This document shows, in pieces, positions 37,694 through 48,648 of a DNA stretch of 49,633 bases (the stretch's first letter is position 1; each line of letters opens with the position of its first letter). The notes under the pieces are model-generated. The model made no database searches and was not told where the DNA came from. It saw nothing but the letters and a program-made list of their open reading frames with translations. The stretch covers positions 1 through 49,633 of the forward strand of contig CANGQQ010000001.1 in the NCBI GenBank assembly GCA_947456025.1. Reading direction: 5' to 3'. The translations under genes were made by a program, and so were the position numbers. This DNA comes from Chitinophagaceae bacterium (GTDB taxonomy: Bacteria > Bacteroidota > Bacteroidia > Chitinophagales > Chitinophagaceae).

Positions 37694-38953
37694 ATGAACT
37701 GGTATTTACTCATAAGTATTGGTGCAACGCTTCTCCTCACCGGATTTTTTTTCGGTCTCGAAACAGCTTTCGGTGCAGCAAACCGTTTTTCGGTTGAGCT
37801 GAAAAAAAAGCAAGGTATTGCAAGTGGCCGCATTCTGAGTCAGTTCATCGAAAACCCAACCCGGTTCATTGGCTCTATTTTGGTTGGAATCACCATTTGC
37901 TTTGTTCTGTACGGACTGCTGGTAACCCGTTTTCTTGACCCCATGTGGAAAGAACTACCCGGTATTTTCCAAGGAGCCTTATTGCGTATTGTTCTGGAAA
38001 CCGCTGTGGCCGCGCTTTCCCTGTTGTTGATTACCTTTTTTTTCAAGGCTGTTTTTAAAGCCAGAAGCAACAGTCTGTTTTCCTTTTTTTCACGCGCAAG
38101 TAATTTCTTTTACAATCTGTTCTCACCTGTTGCCGGAGCATTTGTGAATTTGACAGGCTGGATCTTAAAATATCTCTTTGATTTTAAGATCAACGAAAAG
38201 AAAGAGGCGTTCAACCGGATTGATCTGGAACACTTCATCCAACAAAGCCGCGAAAACAACGAAACAACACAAGATTTAAACACGGAATTATTTGAAAATG
38301 CACTTTCCTTACCGGGTGTGAAAGTCCGGGAATGCCTTATCCCCCGAAAAGAAATCATTGGTGTTGAAATTGCTTCATCGATCGAACATTTAAAACAAAA
38401 ATTCATTGAAACGCAACTGAGCAAAATGATCATCTATGAAGGGAACATCGATTCCATATTGGGATATGTTCACCAACTTGACCTGTACCGCAAACCTAAT
38501 GACATCTCTTCCGTTTTACATCCAATCCCCGCCGTTCCCGAAAGCATGGGCGCTACCGACCTGATCAATCAATTTACCCGTGAACGCAAGAGTATTGCAT
38601 GGGTGGTAGATGAGTTTGGCGGAACAAGCGGTATCGTTACGATGGAAGATCTGCTCGAAGAAATTTTCGGAGAGATTCAGGATGAGTACGACACAGAGGA
38701 ATTTGTTGAAAAACAACTTGCGGAAAATGAATTTATTTTCAGCGGAAGGCTTGAACTGGACTTTCTAACAGAAAAATACAACCTCGATTTCAAGGACGAA
38801 AGCGAATCCGAAACCTTATCGGGCTACATCGTAGAACATCACGAAACCATTCCAAAGGCAAAAGAACGAATCATCATCGACAACTATGAATTCGACATCA
38901 TAAGCGTCAATGATACCCGGATTGAAACGGTTAAAATGAAAATACTGCACTAA
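37694..38953 (+). CDS. HlyC/CorC (CNNM-CBS-CorC) family protein
   Basis: N-terminal TM domain, VVDEFGGTSGIVTMEDLLEEIFGEIQDE, ETLSG. Confidence 0.92.
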   Translation: MNWYLLISIGATLLLTGFFFGLETAFGAANRFSVELKKKQGIASGRILSQFIENPTRFIGSILVGITICFVLYGLLVTRFLDPMWKELPGIFQGALLRIVLETAVAALSLLLITFFFKAVFKARSNSLFSFFSRASNFFYNLFSPVAGAFVNLTGWILKYLFDFKINEKKEAFNRIDLEHFIQQSRENNETTQDLNTELFENALSLPGVKVRECLIPRKEIIGVEIASSIEHLKQKFIETQLSKMIIYEGNIDSILGYVHQLDLYRKPNDISSVLHPIPAVPESMGATDLINQFTRERKSIAWVVDEFGGTSGIVTMEDLLEEIFGEIQDEYDTEEFVEKQLAENEFIFSGRLELDFLTEKYNLDFKDESESETLSGYIVEHHETIPKAKERIIIDNYEFDIISVNDTRIETVKMKILH

Positions 38954-39065
38954 GAACGAAAAAAGACCGATGCGCTTGCCGATCAGCGCTCACATACTCC
39001 GCTTATAAATTTAGATTGCATCCTATCCCTGTTTCTTTTAACTTGTAGTTTTAAACGAAACAGTT

Positions 39066-41627
39066 ATGAGGGTCCTACTTACCATTCTTATTTTTCTTGC
39101 TACATCCCTTTTTTGCACAACCATTCAGGCACAAACCAAAAACGCGAATGGGACTCCCGGCGACACCATCAAAAAGCCGATAAGCAAACCCGGTCTTTCC
39201 GAAAAAGTTAAAACGAGCAAAAAACACGACGGTCTGTTCACCCTCTATCAGGACACCCTAACCGGAAGCCTTCAGCTGTATATCAAAAAAGATCAGTTGC
39301 AGAAGGAATTCATTTATCAAAGCTTTTCTTTAAGCGGTCCAACCCGTTTTTACTTGCATCAAAGCATGCACAGATCGACGTTTATTTTTCAAATTAAAAA
39401 AGCCTACGACAAACTTGAATTTTCCATTGTAAACACCCGTTTTTATTACAATCCCGAGAGCCCGATCAGCAAAGCGGCGAATGTGGATGTTTCGGATGCT
39501 GTATTCTACAGCGAAAAATTCAGTGTCGAAGACTCATCGGGCTATTTACTGAATGTAGACGGATTGTTTTTAAGTGAAAAACTTGATCCCGTAAAACCAC
39601 AACAGGCTCCGGGCCCGGGCTTTTCACTTGGGAGCTTAAACCCTTCAAAAAGCAAAGTAAGCAATCTGCGATCTTACCCCAACAATACAGATGTGATGGT
39701 TGATCTCGCCTATGACAACCCTGTCCCTGGCGCACCGGGAGGGAAAGACATTACCGATGCCCGCTATGTACGTATAAAACTGCAACATTCGTTTCTGGAA
39801 ATGCCCAAAAACGATTACAAGCCCCGATTCGATGATCCAAGAGTAGGCTATTTTATGAGCGAAGTAGATGACATGACCTCCAACGCCATCACGAATTACC
39901 GAGATGTCATACACCGCTGGCATTTAAAGAAAAAAAATCCCGATGCGCTCCTGAGTGAACCGGAAGAACCCATTATTTTTTGGATTGAAAACACAACACC
40001 CCTGGAATACCGCGCCATCATCAAAGCTGCGGGTGAACGGTGGAACGAAGCATTCGAAAAAGCAGGATTTAAAAATGCGGTCGTTTTAAAACAAATGCCG
40101 GATGATGCAGATTGGGATCCGGCCGATATCCGGTACAATGTTATTCGATGGGTATCTTCGGCCTATCCACCCTATGGCGCCATCGGTCCTTGTTTCGTAA
40201 ACCCGCGAACAGGACAAATTCTTGGAAGCGATATCACGATTGAATGGGCCAGTGGCGGTCAGATTCCTTTCAAAGACGTGCTGGAGGAAAACGGAGTCGG
40301 TAGCGGCGCATCTTTTATGTTACCCCACGGAACCTTTGTTCCGGAAAGAAGTTGCAACATCGGGAATGCACTTACGCAGGAATTAATGGCAGGAATTACT
40401 TTAATCCAAACAGGAACAGAAAGTGGGGATCAGGATCAAGTCCGATTGGCTCATGAACAGTTCCTCTATTATCTGGTACTACATGAAATGGGTCATACCC
40501 TGGGCCTCCAACACAACATGAAAGCCAGTCAAATGTTGAGTCCGCAGGATGTCCATCAAAAATCCATCACGCAAAAAAAAGGCCTCATGGGCTCTGTTAT
40601 GGACTACCCCTGTGTCAACATTCATAGCGACCGTACAAAACAGGGAGACTACTATTCAACGAAGCCGGGTCCCTACGACCATTGGGCTATTGAATTCGGG
40701 TATCGTGAGTTCAATGAACAACATGAAAAAGAAGGTCTTTCCAATCTGCTTCGCAGAAGTCATGAACCGGAACTTTGCTTTGGAAATGATGCAGATGATA
40801 TGCGTAGTCCCGGTAATGGAATCGATCCAAGAGTCATGATTAACGACATGAGCAACGACATGATCACCTATGCCGAAGACCGATTTCGTTTTGTAAACCA
40901 GGCAATGAGCAAACTGGTTGCGAAATATGCCAAACAGGACCGGTCGTATATGGAGGTGAGAGCAAGATACAATGTGTTGCACAACCAAAGAGTCAGTATG
41001 GCCAATGCGGTTAGTCGGTATATTGGAGGCGTTCAGGTAGACCGGAGTTTTCCGGGGCAGCAAGCCAACAGTAAACCGTTTCGTGTAACGCCGTTCCTGT
41101 ATCAGAAAAAAGCCATGGCCTTTCTCAACAAACAGGTATTTGCACCCGATGCTTTTGAAGCCGACAAACCCGTTCTGCCCTATTTACAACAACAAAGAAG
41201 GGGTTATAATTTTTATGGCTCTCCCGAAGACCCCAAGCATACAACAACGATATTGAGCCTGCAAGTCAATGTCCTGGCACAAGTACTGCATCCAAATACC
41301 CTACGAAGAATCAACAACAGCAGTTTGTATGGAAACAGCTACGGGGCAACAGAGGTGTTAAATGATCTGGTGGCGGGGATTTTTAAAGCCGACTTGAACA
41401 GCAGTGTGAATTTATACCGACAAAACCTTCAAACAGAGTTTGTAAAAATGTTAATCGGAATCAAGGATGCTAAAACAGGCTACGACAGCCCGTCACAAAG
41501 TGCCGTGTTTCTGACGCTGAAAAAAATAAAATCCATGTTAAGTTCAATAGCCACACCGGACGAAAACACCCGTGCGCACCGAACGACGTTGGTTTTTATG
41601 ATCGATCAGGCGATAAACCTTCCATAA
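39066..41627 (+). CDS. Secreted zinc-dependent metalloprotease (EcxA-like metzincin)
   Basis: Signal peptide, PRFDDPRVGYF, HEMGHTLGLQH zinc motif and SVMDY Met-turn. Confidence 0.92.
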   Translation: MRVLLTILIFLATSLFCTTIQAQTKNANGTPGDTIKKPISKPGLSEKVKTSKKHDGLFTLYQDTLTGSLQLYIKKDQLQKEFIYQSFSLSGPTRFYLHQSMHRSTFIFQIKKAYDKLEFSIVNTRFYYNPESPISKAANVDVSDAVFYSEKFSVEDSSGYLLNVDGLFLSEKLDPVKPQQAPGPGFSLGSLNPSKSKVSNLRSYPNNTDVMVDLAYDNPVPGAPGGKDITDARYVRIKLQHSFLEMPKNDYKPRFDDPRVGYFMSEVDDMTSNAITNYRDVIHRWHLKKKNPDALLSEPEEPIIFWIENTTPLEYRAIIKAAGERWNEAFEKAGFKNAVVLKQMPDDADWDPADIRYNVIRWVSSAYPPYGAIGPCFVNPRTGQILGSDITIEWASGGQIPFKDVLEENGVGSGASFMLPHGTFVPERSCNIGNALTQELMAGITLIQTGTESGDQDQVRLAHEQFLYYLVLHEMGHTLGLQHNMKASQMLSPQDVHQKSITQKKGLMGSVMDYPCVNIHSDRTKQGDYYSTKPGPYDHWAIEFGYREFNEQHEKEGLSNLLRRSHEPELCFGNDADDMRSPGNGIDPRVMINDMSNDMITYAEDRFRFVNQAMSKLVAKYAKQDRSYMEVRARYNVLHNQRVSMANAVSRYIGGVQVDRSFPGQQANSKPFRVTPFLYQKKAMAFLNKQVFAPDAFEADKPVLPYLQQQRRGYNFYGSPEDPKHTTTILSLQVNVLAQVLHPNTLRRINNSSLYGNSYGATEVLNDLVAGIFKADLNSSVNLYRQNLQTEFVKMLIGIKDAKTGYDSPSQSAVFLTLKKIKSMLSSIATPDENTRAHRTTLVFMIDQAINLP

Positions 41628-41696
41628 GGACCAGCGGACGAAGACCGCATAAGGTTGTTTGGCTTTGTAGTACATTTGCTCCTGAATTTTTATCAC

Positions 41697-42581
41697 GTGG
41701 CTCAAAGTAATTCCGAAAGAAGGTCGCTTTTTAAACGCATCAGTAGCAAAAACCCGGTTGAAGAACCGGCTGAAATGAGCTTTATTGACCATTTAGAGGA
41801 ATTGCGTTGGCATATCATACGTGCTTTGATCGCCGTAGTCATAGGATCCATCCTTGTACTCGTCAAAATTGACTATGTGGTCAACAACATCTTTATGGGT
41901 CCTGCTCACAACGACTTCATTACCTATAGGTGGCTTTGTTCCATTGGTCAAAAACTTCACGTTCAGGATTTATGTTTGGGGGACTTTGTTATTCGCTTTC
42001 AGAGTAATGCGATGACGGAGCAATTCCTTACAACCTTTACCGTAGGTTTTACGGGAGGTTTCATTTTGGCCTTCCCTTATGTTTTTTGGGAGATCTGGCG
42101 ATTCGTACGGCCGGCACTGAGCGATAAAGAACGCAAAGGAACAACCGGAGCCATTTTATGGATCTCCGTCTTGTTTTTTTTAGGTGTGGCCTTCGGGTAT
42201 TTGATTATGACCCCGTTCATGGTCAACTTCTATTCCAATTATTCATTGAGTCCTTTAATTGAGTTCAGACCAACTATCAGCGATTATTTCGAGAATCTGA
42301 TCTATCTCACAGTGGGAATCGGACTCCTGTTCCAATTGCCCGTGGTCGTAATGTTGCTGACACGTGTCGGCATTTTATCCCCTGCCACCTTACGTAACAT
42401 CCGCAAATATGCATTTGTTGTGATTCTGATTCTGGCGGCAATTATTACCCCGTCCACAGATCCTTTTAGTCTGGCACTTGTCACAATACCCCTGTATCTC
42501 TTATATGAATTCAGTATCGCTCTGAGCATGCGTATCTACCGAAAACAAATGCGTGAAGCCGAATTGGAATTATGGGATTAA
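41697..42581 (+). CDS. tatC: Twin-arginine translocase subunit TatC
   Basis: MSFIDHLEELR, FVRPAL, FQLP, AAIITP..D, LYE motifs. GTG start inferred after the TACATTTG box. Confidence 0.95.
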   Translation: MAQSNSERRSLFKRISSKNPVEEPAEMSFIDHLEELRWHIIRALIAVVIGSILVLVKIDYVVNNIFMGPAHNDFITYRWLCSIGQKLHVQDLCLGDFVIRFQSNAMTEQFLTTFTVGFTGGFILAFPYVFWEIWRFVRPALSDKERKGTTGAILWISVLFFLGVAFGYLIMTPFMVNFYSNYSLSPLIEFRPTISDYFENLIYLTVGIGLLFQLPVVVMLLTRVGILSPATLRNIRKYAFVVILILAAIITPSTDPFSLALVTIPLYLLYEFSIALSMRIYRKQMREAELELWD

Positions 42582-42613
42582 AAGACAGTATTTTTACATT
42601 TTAAACATCAATT

Positions 42614-43066
42614 ATGAATACCCCCTTTGACTTACAAAAACCCGTTGCTATAGGTTGCGACCATGCAGGATTTGACTACAAGGAAGACCTCATCTCGTTT
42701 TTGGAAGGGAATGGCATTGCATTCAAAGATTTTGGCGCTTTTTCAACAGAAAGTGTAGACTATCCGGATTTTGCCCATCCCGTTGCAAATGCCGTTGAAC
42801 AAGGAGAAGCAGCCTTTGGCATTCTTCTATGCGGAAGCGCTAACGGTGTAGCCATTACAGCCAACAAACATCAGGGTGTACGTGCCGCCATATGTTGGGG
42901 TGAAGAACTGGCCCAACTGGCAAGACAGCACAATAACGCCAACGTGATTTGTATTCCTTCACGCTTTGTACGGGAAGGAGATGCCGAAAAAATGGTTCAT
43001 ACGTTTATGAACACCCCATTTGAAGGTGGAAGACACGAAAAAAGAGTAGGTAAAATTTCCTGCTGA
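42614..43066 (+). CDS. rpiB: Ribose-5-phosphate isomerase B
   Basis: GCDHAG, DYPD, CGSANG, ANK, HNNAN, FEGGRH motifs. Confidence 0.96.
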   Translation: MNTPFDLQKPVAIGCDHAGFDYKEDLISFLEGNGIAFKDFGAFSTESVDYPDFAHPVANAVEQGEAAFGILLCGSANGVAITANKHQGVRAAICWGEELAQLARQHNNANVICIPSRFVREGDAEKMVHTFMNTPFEGGRHEKRVGKISC

Positions 43067-43096
43067 TCTGTATTTTGAATTGTTGCACGCATGATC

Positions 43097-43131
43097 AATA
43101 AAAACGCACAAGAATCCTGTGCGTTTTTATT
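43097..43131. terminator. Bidirectional terminator between convergent rpiB and transporter
   Basis: aataaaaacgcaca...tgtgcgtttttatt. Confidence 0.88.
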
Positions 43132-43145
43132 TTTTAAGACCTTCT

Positions 43146-44813
43146 TCACGATAAAAAGAGGATCAACAACTGAGCTGCAATGATGCGCAGGATCATCGTC
43201 AACGGATATACCGTTGCATAAGTTACATTAGCGACTTCGTTTTTAGCCAACTGCGTTGAAAAAGCCAATGCTGGAGGATCTGTACTCGCACCAGACAACA
43301 ATCCACAAATTTCAAAGTACGTTTTTTTAAAAAACTGATGAGCGATCAATCCCACAATCACCAGGGGCAGAATCGTAATTGAAAGTCCCATACCAACCCA
43401 TTGCCAGGCGTTAGAACCTTCAAAAGCATGATGCAGGTTTTGACCGCTGCTCAAGCCTACACTCGCCAGAAAAAGGGCAATACCCAATTCACGCAACATT
43501 AAATTGGCGCTGTTGGTCGTGTATTGATTTAAATAAATATTATTACCGTAACGGCTCAGTAAAAGTGCAATGATCAAAGGGCCACCGGCCAGTCCGATTT
43601 TTACCGGAACCGGCATATTGAAAAAATACAATGGAATACTACCCAGAATCACGCCGGCTACAATTCCCAGAAAAATTGGCGCGATGTCCGGAACATCAAG
43701 ACGTTTCATTTCGTTCCCGACCGTTTTCGTCACCAGGTTGACACCTTCTTTCGTGCCTACCACTTTCAGGTTGTCGCCCAACTGTAAAATAATATCTCCA
43801 TGAGGCACCATTTCTACACCGGCCCTGGTTAAACGGGTAAGTGTAAAATCATGCTGATGCAAAGCGGCAATATCACCCAATCGCTTGTGTGTAACTAGAG
43901 GCTGTGTAACAACAATGATCCTCGAGATCAACTCACTTTGTGGAGCTTCTTTCAAATTGACAGAAGCCTCCTCACCGATGATGAGTTTCAGCATCGGTAC
44001 CTGTTCTTTATGGGCAACAATCAGCAATACGTCATCTTCCGAGAGAATGATCTGGGGAGTAGGCGTAATAATTGAACCCTTATGAAACATCCGGGAAACG
44101 ACAATAGGCTCCTTGAGTAAATCAAAAATGGCACGTAATGGTTGACCGATGAGTTGCTTATTTTCCAATTTCAAATGAATCGAAACCGGTCGATTAGACC
44201 TAAGCACTTCCAGCTTTCGGTGAAATTCTCTTTCCTTTTCCAAATCAACACGCAGCAGTAATTTCAAAATCAAAATAGCACCAATGATTCCAAATACACC
44301 AAAAGGATAAGTTAAAGCATATGCAAGTGTTATAAAGGAGGAATCAGTTGCTGCCAGATGTAGATCCTTTGCTGCCGCTTGTGCAGCCCCTAAACCAGGC
44401 GTGTTGGTAACGGCACCACTCATGATACCGGTCATGACCGAAATCGACTGGCCCGATAAGTAATAAAATAAGACCGTAAGCACAACACCCAACAGTACCA
44501 CCGCAGCCGCCAATCCGTTAGTGACAATCGCATTTTTTTTGAGTGAGGCAAAAAAACCGGGGCCAACCTGCAATCCGATCGAATACACAAACAAGATCAA
44601 ACCAAACTCTTTTAGAAAGTGGCCGGTTTCCGGATGAATGATGATGCCGGCATAAGAAAGTGCTATGCCCATAAAAAGAACCCAGGTAACCCCCAATGAA
44701 ATTCCAAACAACCTGAGTCGTCCCAACCAAATACCAATTGCAATTGCAAGACCAAATACAATTACGGTTTGCGAAATGCTTTCTTCGGTAATCAGTTTGA
44801 TCAACCAATCCAT
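43146..44813 (-). CDS. AspT/YidE/YbjL family transporter with TrkA-C domains
   Basis: FGLILFVYSIGLQVGPGFF, GAVTNTPGL, GASTDPPAL and YATVYP duplicated motifs. Confidence 0.92.
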   Translation of the reverse strand: MDWLIKLITEESISQTVIVFGLAIAIGIWLGRLRLFGISLGVTWVLFMGIALSYAGIIIHPETGHFLKEFGLILFVYSIGLQVGPGFFASLKKNAIVTNGLAAAVVLLGVVLTVLFYYLSGQSISVMTGIMSGAVTNTPGLGAAQAAAKDLHLAATDSSFITLAYALTYPFGVFGIIGAILILKLLLRVDLEKEREFHRKLEVLRSNRPVSIHLKLENKQLIGQPLRAIFDLLKEPIVVSRMFHKGSIITPTPQIILSEDDVLLIVAHKEQVPMLKLIIGEEASVNLKEAPQSELISRIIVVTQPLVTHKRLGDIAALHQHDFTLTRLTRAGVEMVPHGDIILQLGDNLKVVGTKEGVNLVTKTVGNEMKRLDVPDIAPIFLGIVAGVILGSIPLYFFNMPVPVKIGLAGGPLIIALLLSRYGNNIYLNQYTTNSANLMLRELGIALFLASVGLSSGQNLHHAFEGSNAWQWVGMGLSITILPLVIVGLIAHQFFKKTYFEICGLLSGASTDPPALAFSTQLAKNEVANVTYATVYPLTMILRIIAAQLLILFLS

Positions 44814-45005
44814 AAAAAAAGATTTAGAATGCAAAAGTAATGGCGTTGCTGAAGCCGAAAGCTAACTTTTATCATGTATGAGAAAGATGTAATACAGTCC
44901 AATGCAGCAAAAACAAACAATTGTTCATTATGCATTCTGCTTAATAAAAAAAGGTTTGCATGCAAAAAATGCATACAAACCTCCGGATCGAACTATTATT
45001 TTTTG

Positions 45006-45980
45006 CTACCAGCCCAGTATCCATGCAAAGACCAATGGTGCAACGATCGTGGCATCACTTTCAATGATAAACTTGGGTGTGTGAATATCCAATTTCCCCC
45101 ATGTGATTTTTTCATTGGGAACGGCCCCTGAGTAAGAACCATAAGAAGTGGTGCTATCGCTAATTTGACAGAAATAACTCCAAAACGGCACATCATGCCA
45201 TTCCAGATCCTGATACATCATGGGCACCACGCAAATCGGAAAGTCGCCTGCAATACCACCTCCGATCTGAAAAAACCCGACTCCTTTTCCGGAGGAATTA
45301 GCACGATACCACTCGGTAAGCCAAACCATGTACTCAATACCACTTTTAACGGTATCGGCTTTAAGCTCACCCTTCACCACATAACTGGCAAAAATATTTC
45401 CGGTGGTACTATCCTCCCATCCCGGCACTACGATAGGAATATTTTTTTCGGCAGCCGCCACGATCCAGCTGTTTTTGGGATCGATTTCATAATACTGACG
45501 GAGCTCCCCGCTGAGTACTGTTTTGTATAAAAATTCGTGAGGGAAATAACGTTCTCCTTTAGCTTCAGCCTCTTTCCATTGCTTTACAAGGTGTTTCTGC
45601 AAACGGCGAAACGCTTCTTCTTCCGGAATGCAGGTATCTGTTACACGGTTGTAATGATTTTCCAGCAAATCCCATTCATCCTGAGGAGTCAGGTCACGAT
45701 AATTGGGCACTCGCTTGTAATGACTGTGAGCAACAAGATTCATGACATCTTCTTCGAGGTTGGCTCCTGTACAGCTGATGATATCCACTTTGTTTTGACG
45801 GATCATTTCGGCAAGAGAAATGCCCAGTTCGGCTGTACTCATGGCTCCTGCCAGTGTAACCATCATTTTCCCACCTTCATTGATGTGTGTTTCATATCCT
45901 TTTGCTGCATCCACAAGAGCAGCAGCATTGAAGTGCCTGTAATGATGTTGAATGAATTGTGAAACGGGTCCTTTGTTCAT
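45006..45980 (-). CDS. Deoxyhypusine synthase-like protein (probable homospermidine synthesis)
   Basis: AGAMSTAELG, TGANLEED, IGGG, GSYSGAVPNEKITWGK with the catalytic Lys, ESDATI. Confidence 0.92.
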   Translation of the reverse strand: MNKGPVSQFIQHHYRHFNAAALVDAAKGYETHINEGGKMMVTLAGAMSTAELGISLAEMIRQNKVDIISCTGANLEEDVMNLVAHSHYKRVPNYRDLTPQDEWDLLENHYNRVTDTCIPEEEAFRRLQKHLVKQWKEAEAKGERYFPHEFLYKTVLSGELRQYYEIDPKNSWIVAAAEKNIPIVVPGWEDSTTGNIFASYVVKGELKADTVKSGIEYMVWLTEWYRANSSGKGVGFFQIGGGIAGDFPICVVPMMYQDLEWHDVPFWSYFCQISDSTTSYGSYSGAVPNEKITWGKLDIHTPKFIIESDATIVAPLVFAWILGW

Positions 45981-46247
45981 GATTGATGCGTTTAAAAGTT
46001 GCCGCCTTCAGATCCCGATATCATTTCGGGAGACGCTGCGAAAATGGTGCAAAAGTACAAGAATGCAATTACATGCAAAGATTAGATTCATAGACGAACG
46101 AGAAGCGGTCTTAGAATCCAATTAATAACCGGTTCTTCCCCAAAACGATGCCTGACTCAGCTCAAACCAACCCTCTCAGATTTTAATTCGTTCGTTGAAA
46201 CCTTCGAAAAAAGCATTTGTTACCTTTGTGTTCTAAAACTGAATGGT

Positions 46248-46604
46248 ATGCTGCTCTTTCGAAAATTCGCATTTGATGCGGCACATTTTTTACCCCATGT
46301 ACCGGAAGGGCACAAATGCCGGGAAATACATGGCCACACGTATCATCTTACCATTTTTCTGGAAGGTGCGCCCGATCCCGTTACCGGTTGGGTTATGGAT
46401 TTTGCAGCGTTAAAAACAGTGATTGAGCCTGTGATCCAAAAGGTTGATCATAAGTTTCTGAATCACATCCCCGGTCTTGAAAACCCTACATGTGAGCACA
46501 TTGCAATCTGGCTATGGGACCAGATCAAGCCAATTGTTCCGCTCTTGAAAAAAGTGGAGTTGCATGAGACGCCCACATCAGGAGTTGTTTATGAAGGGTT
46601 TTGA
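46248..46604 (+). CDS. queD: 6-carboxytetrahydropterin synthase
   Basis: FDAAH, KC..IHGHTY, DHKFLN, NPTCE, ETP motifs. Confidence 0.95.
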   Translation: MLLFRKFAFDAAHFLPHVPEGHKCREIHGHTYHLTIFLEGAPDPVTGWVMDFAALKTVIEPVIQKVDHKFLNHIPGLENPTCEHIAIWLWDQIKPIVPLLKKVELHETPTSGVVYEGF

Positions 46605-46664
46605 TAAAAACGTTTGAATTGTTTCCCAATACCGTTGATCCCGATCGAACAAAACTATACAAAC

Positions 46665-47261
46665 ATGAATTATCTGGCCCACGCATACCTGTCATTTGAG
46701 AATAACGAAACACTTACGGGCAACCTGATCAGCGATTTTGTGAAAGGGAAAAAACAATTTGATTATCCGGCAGGCATCCAAAAAGGGATCACACTCCATC
46801 GTGCAATTGACACCTTTACAGACAGCCATCCGGCAACACATCATGCCAAAACAATTTTCCGGGCTGCTTACCGGTTGTATGCCGGCGCATTTGTGGACGT
46901 GGTATTCGATCATTTTCTGGCCGATGACGAACAGCATTTCACAGATGAATCACTAAAAGAATTTGCAAGCAATACCTACACTGCGCTGGAATCATTTTCC
47001 GCTTATTTTCCGGAACGGTTTGCCGCTATGTTCCCGTATATGAAAAAACAAAATTGGCTCTATCATTACCGCAGCAAATGGGGCATCGAACAAAGTATGG
47101 GCGGGGTTGTACGTCGTTCTGCCTATCTGAATGAAAGCGATACAGCCTATGCATTGTTTCAGGAACATTACAAGGAACTTAAAACATGCTATCTGGATTT
47201 TTTCCCGGAACTGCATACGTTCGCCCAGGAACAGTACCACAGGGTCCATCTCACATCCTGA
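46665..47261 (+). CDS. acpH: Acyl carrier protein phosphodiesterase
   Basis: MNYLAHAYLS, GNLISDFVKG, LHRAIDTFTDSH, DVVFDHFLA motifs. Confidence 0.93.
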   Translation: MNYLAHAYLSFENNETLTGNLISDFVKGKKQFDYPAGIQKGITLHRAIDTFTDSHPATHHAKTIFRAAYRLYAGAFVDVVFDHFLADDEQHFTDESLKEFASNTYTALESFSAYFPERFAAMFPYMKKQNWLYHYRSKWGIEQSMGGVVRRSAYLNESDTAYALFQEHYKELKTCYLDFFPELHTFAQEQYHRVHLTS

Positions 47262-47300
47262 ACCGACTTGTCACTTTGCATCCGGCCTGACATTACTTTT

Positions 47301-48599
47301 TCAACATAAGGAAGGAAAATGCTTGAATCGTTCAAAACAGGCTTTTTCCAACATTTCACGGTCATCGGGATGTGCAATGTTGATCAGCATTTTAGCGCGT
47401 TGTCGTAAATTTTTTCCGTATAAATTCGCTACACCATACTCTGTAACTACATAGTGAATATGCCCACGGGTCGTTACCACACCGGCGCCCTGCTTTAAAA
47501 AGGGAACAATCCGGTTCACACCTTTGGCGGTCCTTGAGGTAAGGGCAATAATTGGTTTCCCTCCTTCACTGAGTGCCGCTCCTCTGATAAAATCCATTTG
47601 TCCGCCAATGCCACTGTATTGTGAAGATCCGATACTATCCGCACAAACCTGACCGGTCAAATCCACTTCAATGGCACTGTTGATCGCCACTACTTTTGGA
47701 TTGCGCCGTATCACATGCGGATCGTTGACGTAGTCAATATCAAGAAATACAAAGGCCGGATTATCGTGCACATAATCATATAATTTTCTGGTACCGATAG
47801 CAAAACCGGTTACTGTTTTATTAGGATGGATTCGTTTTTTGGCATTATTGATTACATCCATTTCAAAAAGATCCACAATACCATCACTGCACATTTCGGT
47901 ATGAACACCTAAGTCTTTGTGATTCCGTAACGAACGCAAAACCGCATCCGGTATGGTTCCAATACCCATTTGCAAGGTGCTGCCGTCATCAATCATCTCT
48001 GCAACATAACGACCGATTTTTAACTCATCCTCTCCCACTTTCGCGCCATAATCCACCTCGGGTAAAGCCTCCTCGTGATATACAAAATGGTCGATACGGG
48101 TAGCGTGAATCAAACTGTCTCCGTGTGTTCGGGGCACATTCGGATTCACAAGCGCAATAATATGCTTGGCGGTATTGACCGCACTTCGGGCAATATCAAC
48201 AGACAACCCTAAAGAGCAATAACCATGCAAATCGGGTGGTGATACCTGAACCAAAGCCACATCAATGGGCATGATTCCCTTCTTAAACAAATCCGGAATA
48301 TCACTTAAAAACACTGGTATAAAATCTGCCCGTCCTTCATTCACAGCCCTGCGAACAGATTCGGAAACAAACATGCAGTTAATATTGAAGATACCTTCAT
48401 ACTGCGGCTTATCGATTTCAATATCACCCTGAACGGTGATGAATGTAAGTTCCACATCAGACAAACGATGCGCTTCTTTTGCCAGCTCGCGCAACAGATA
48501 CAGTGGTGTCTGCGCACTTCCCTGTACAAACACGCGTGATCCCGACTGAATAACCGAAAGTGCCTCCTGAGCTGTATGATACTTGATCTCTTTATACAT
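47301..48599 (-). CDS. Acetyl-CoA hydrolase/transferase (4-hydroxybutyrate CoA-transferase-like)
   Basis: LQMGIG.IP, LGVHTEM, SGIGGQMDF, VTEYG, IAHPD motifs. Confidence 0.93.
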   Translation of the reverse strand: MYKEIKYHTAQEALSVIQSGSRVFVQGSAQTPLYLLRELAKEAHRLSDVELTFITVQGDIEIDKPQYEGIFNINCMFVSESVRRAVNEGRADFIPVFLSDIPDLFKKGIMPIDVALVQVSPPDLHGYCSLGLSVDIARSAVNTAKHIIALVNPNVPRTHGDSLIHATRIDHFVYHEEALPEVDYGAKVGEDELKIGRYVAEMIDDGSTLQMGIGTIPDAVLRSLRNHKDLGVHTEMCSDGIVDLFEMDVINNAKKRIHPNKTVTGFAIGTRKLYDYVHDNPAFVFLDIDYVNDPHVIRRNPKVVAINSAIEVDLTGQVCADSIGSSQYSGIGGQMDFIRGAALSEGGKPIIALTSRTAKGVNRIVPFLKQGAGVVTTRGHIHYVVTEYGVANLYGKNLRQRAKMLINIAHPDDREMLEKACFERFKHFPSLC

Positions 48600-48648
48600 A
48601 ACCGATTGTTTTGAAATGCAATAATAAAGAAGAGATTTTCAACACGTT

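Noticed and set aside
46058-46247. preQ1 riboswitch upstream of queD
   Set aside because: TACCTTTG at 46221-46228 leaves under 20 nt of leader, and no preQ1 consensus is visible.
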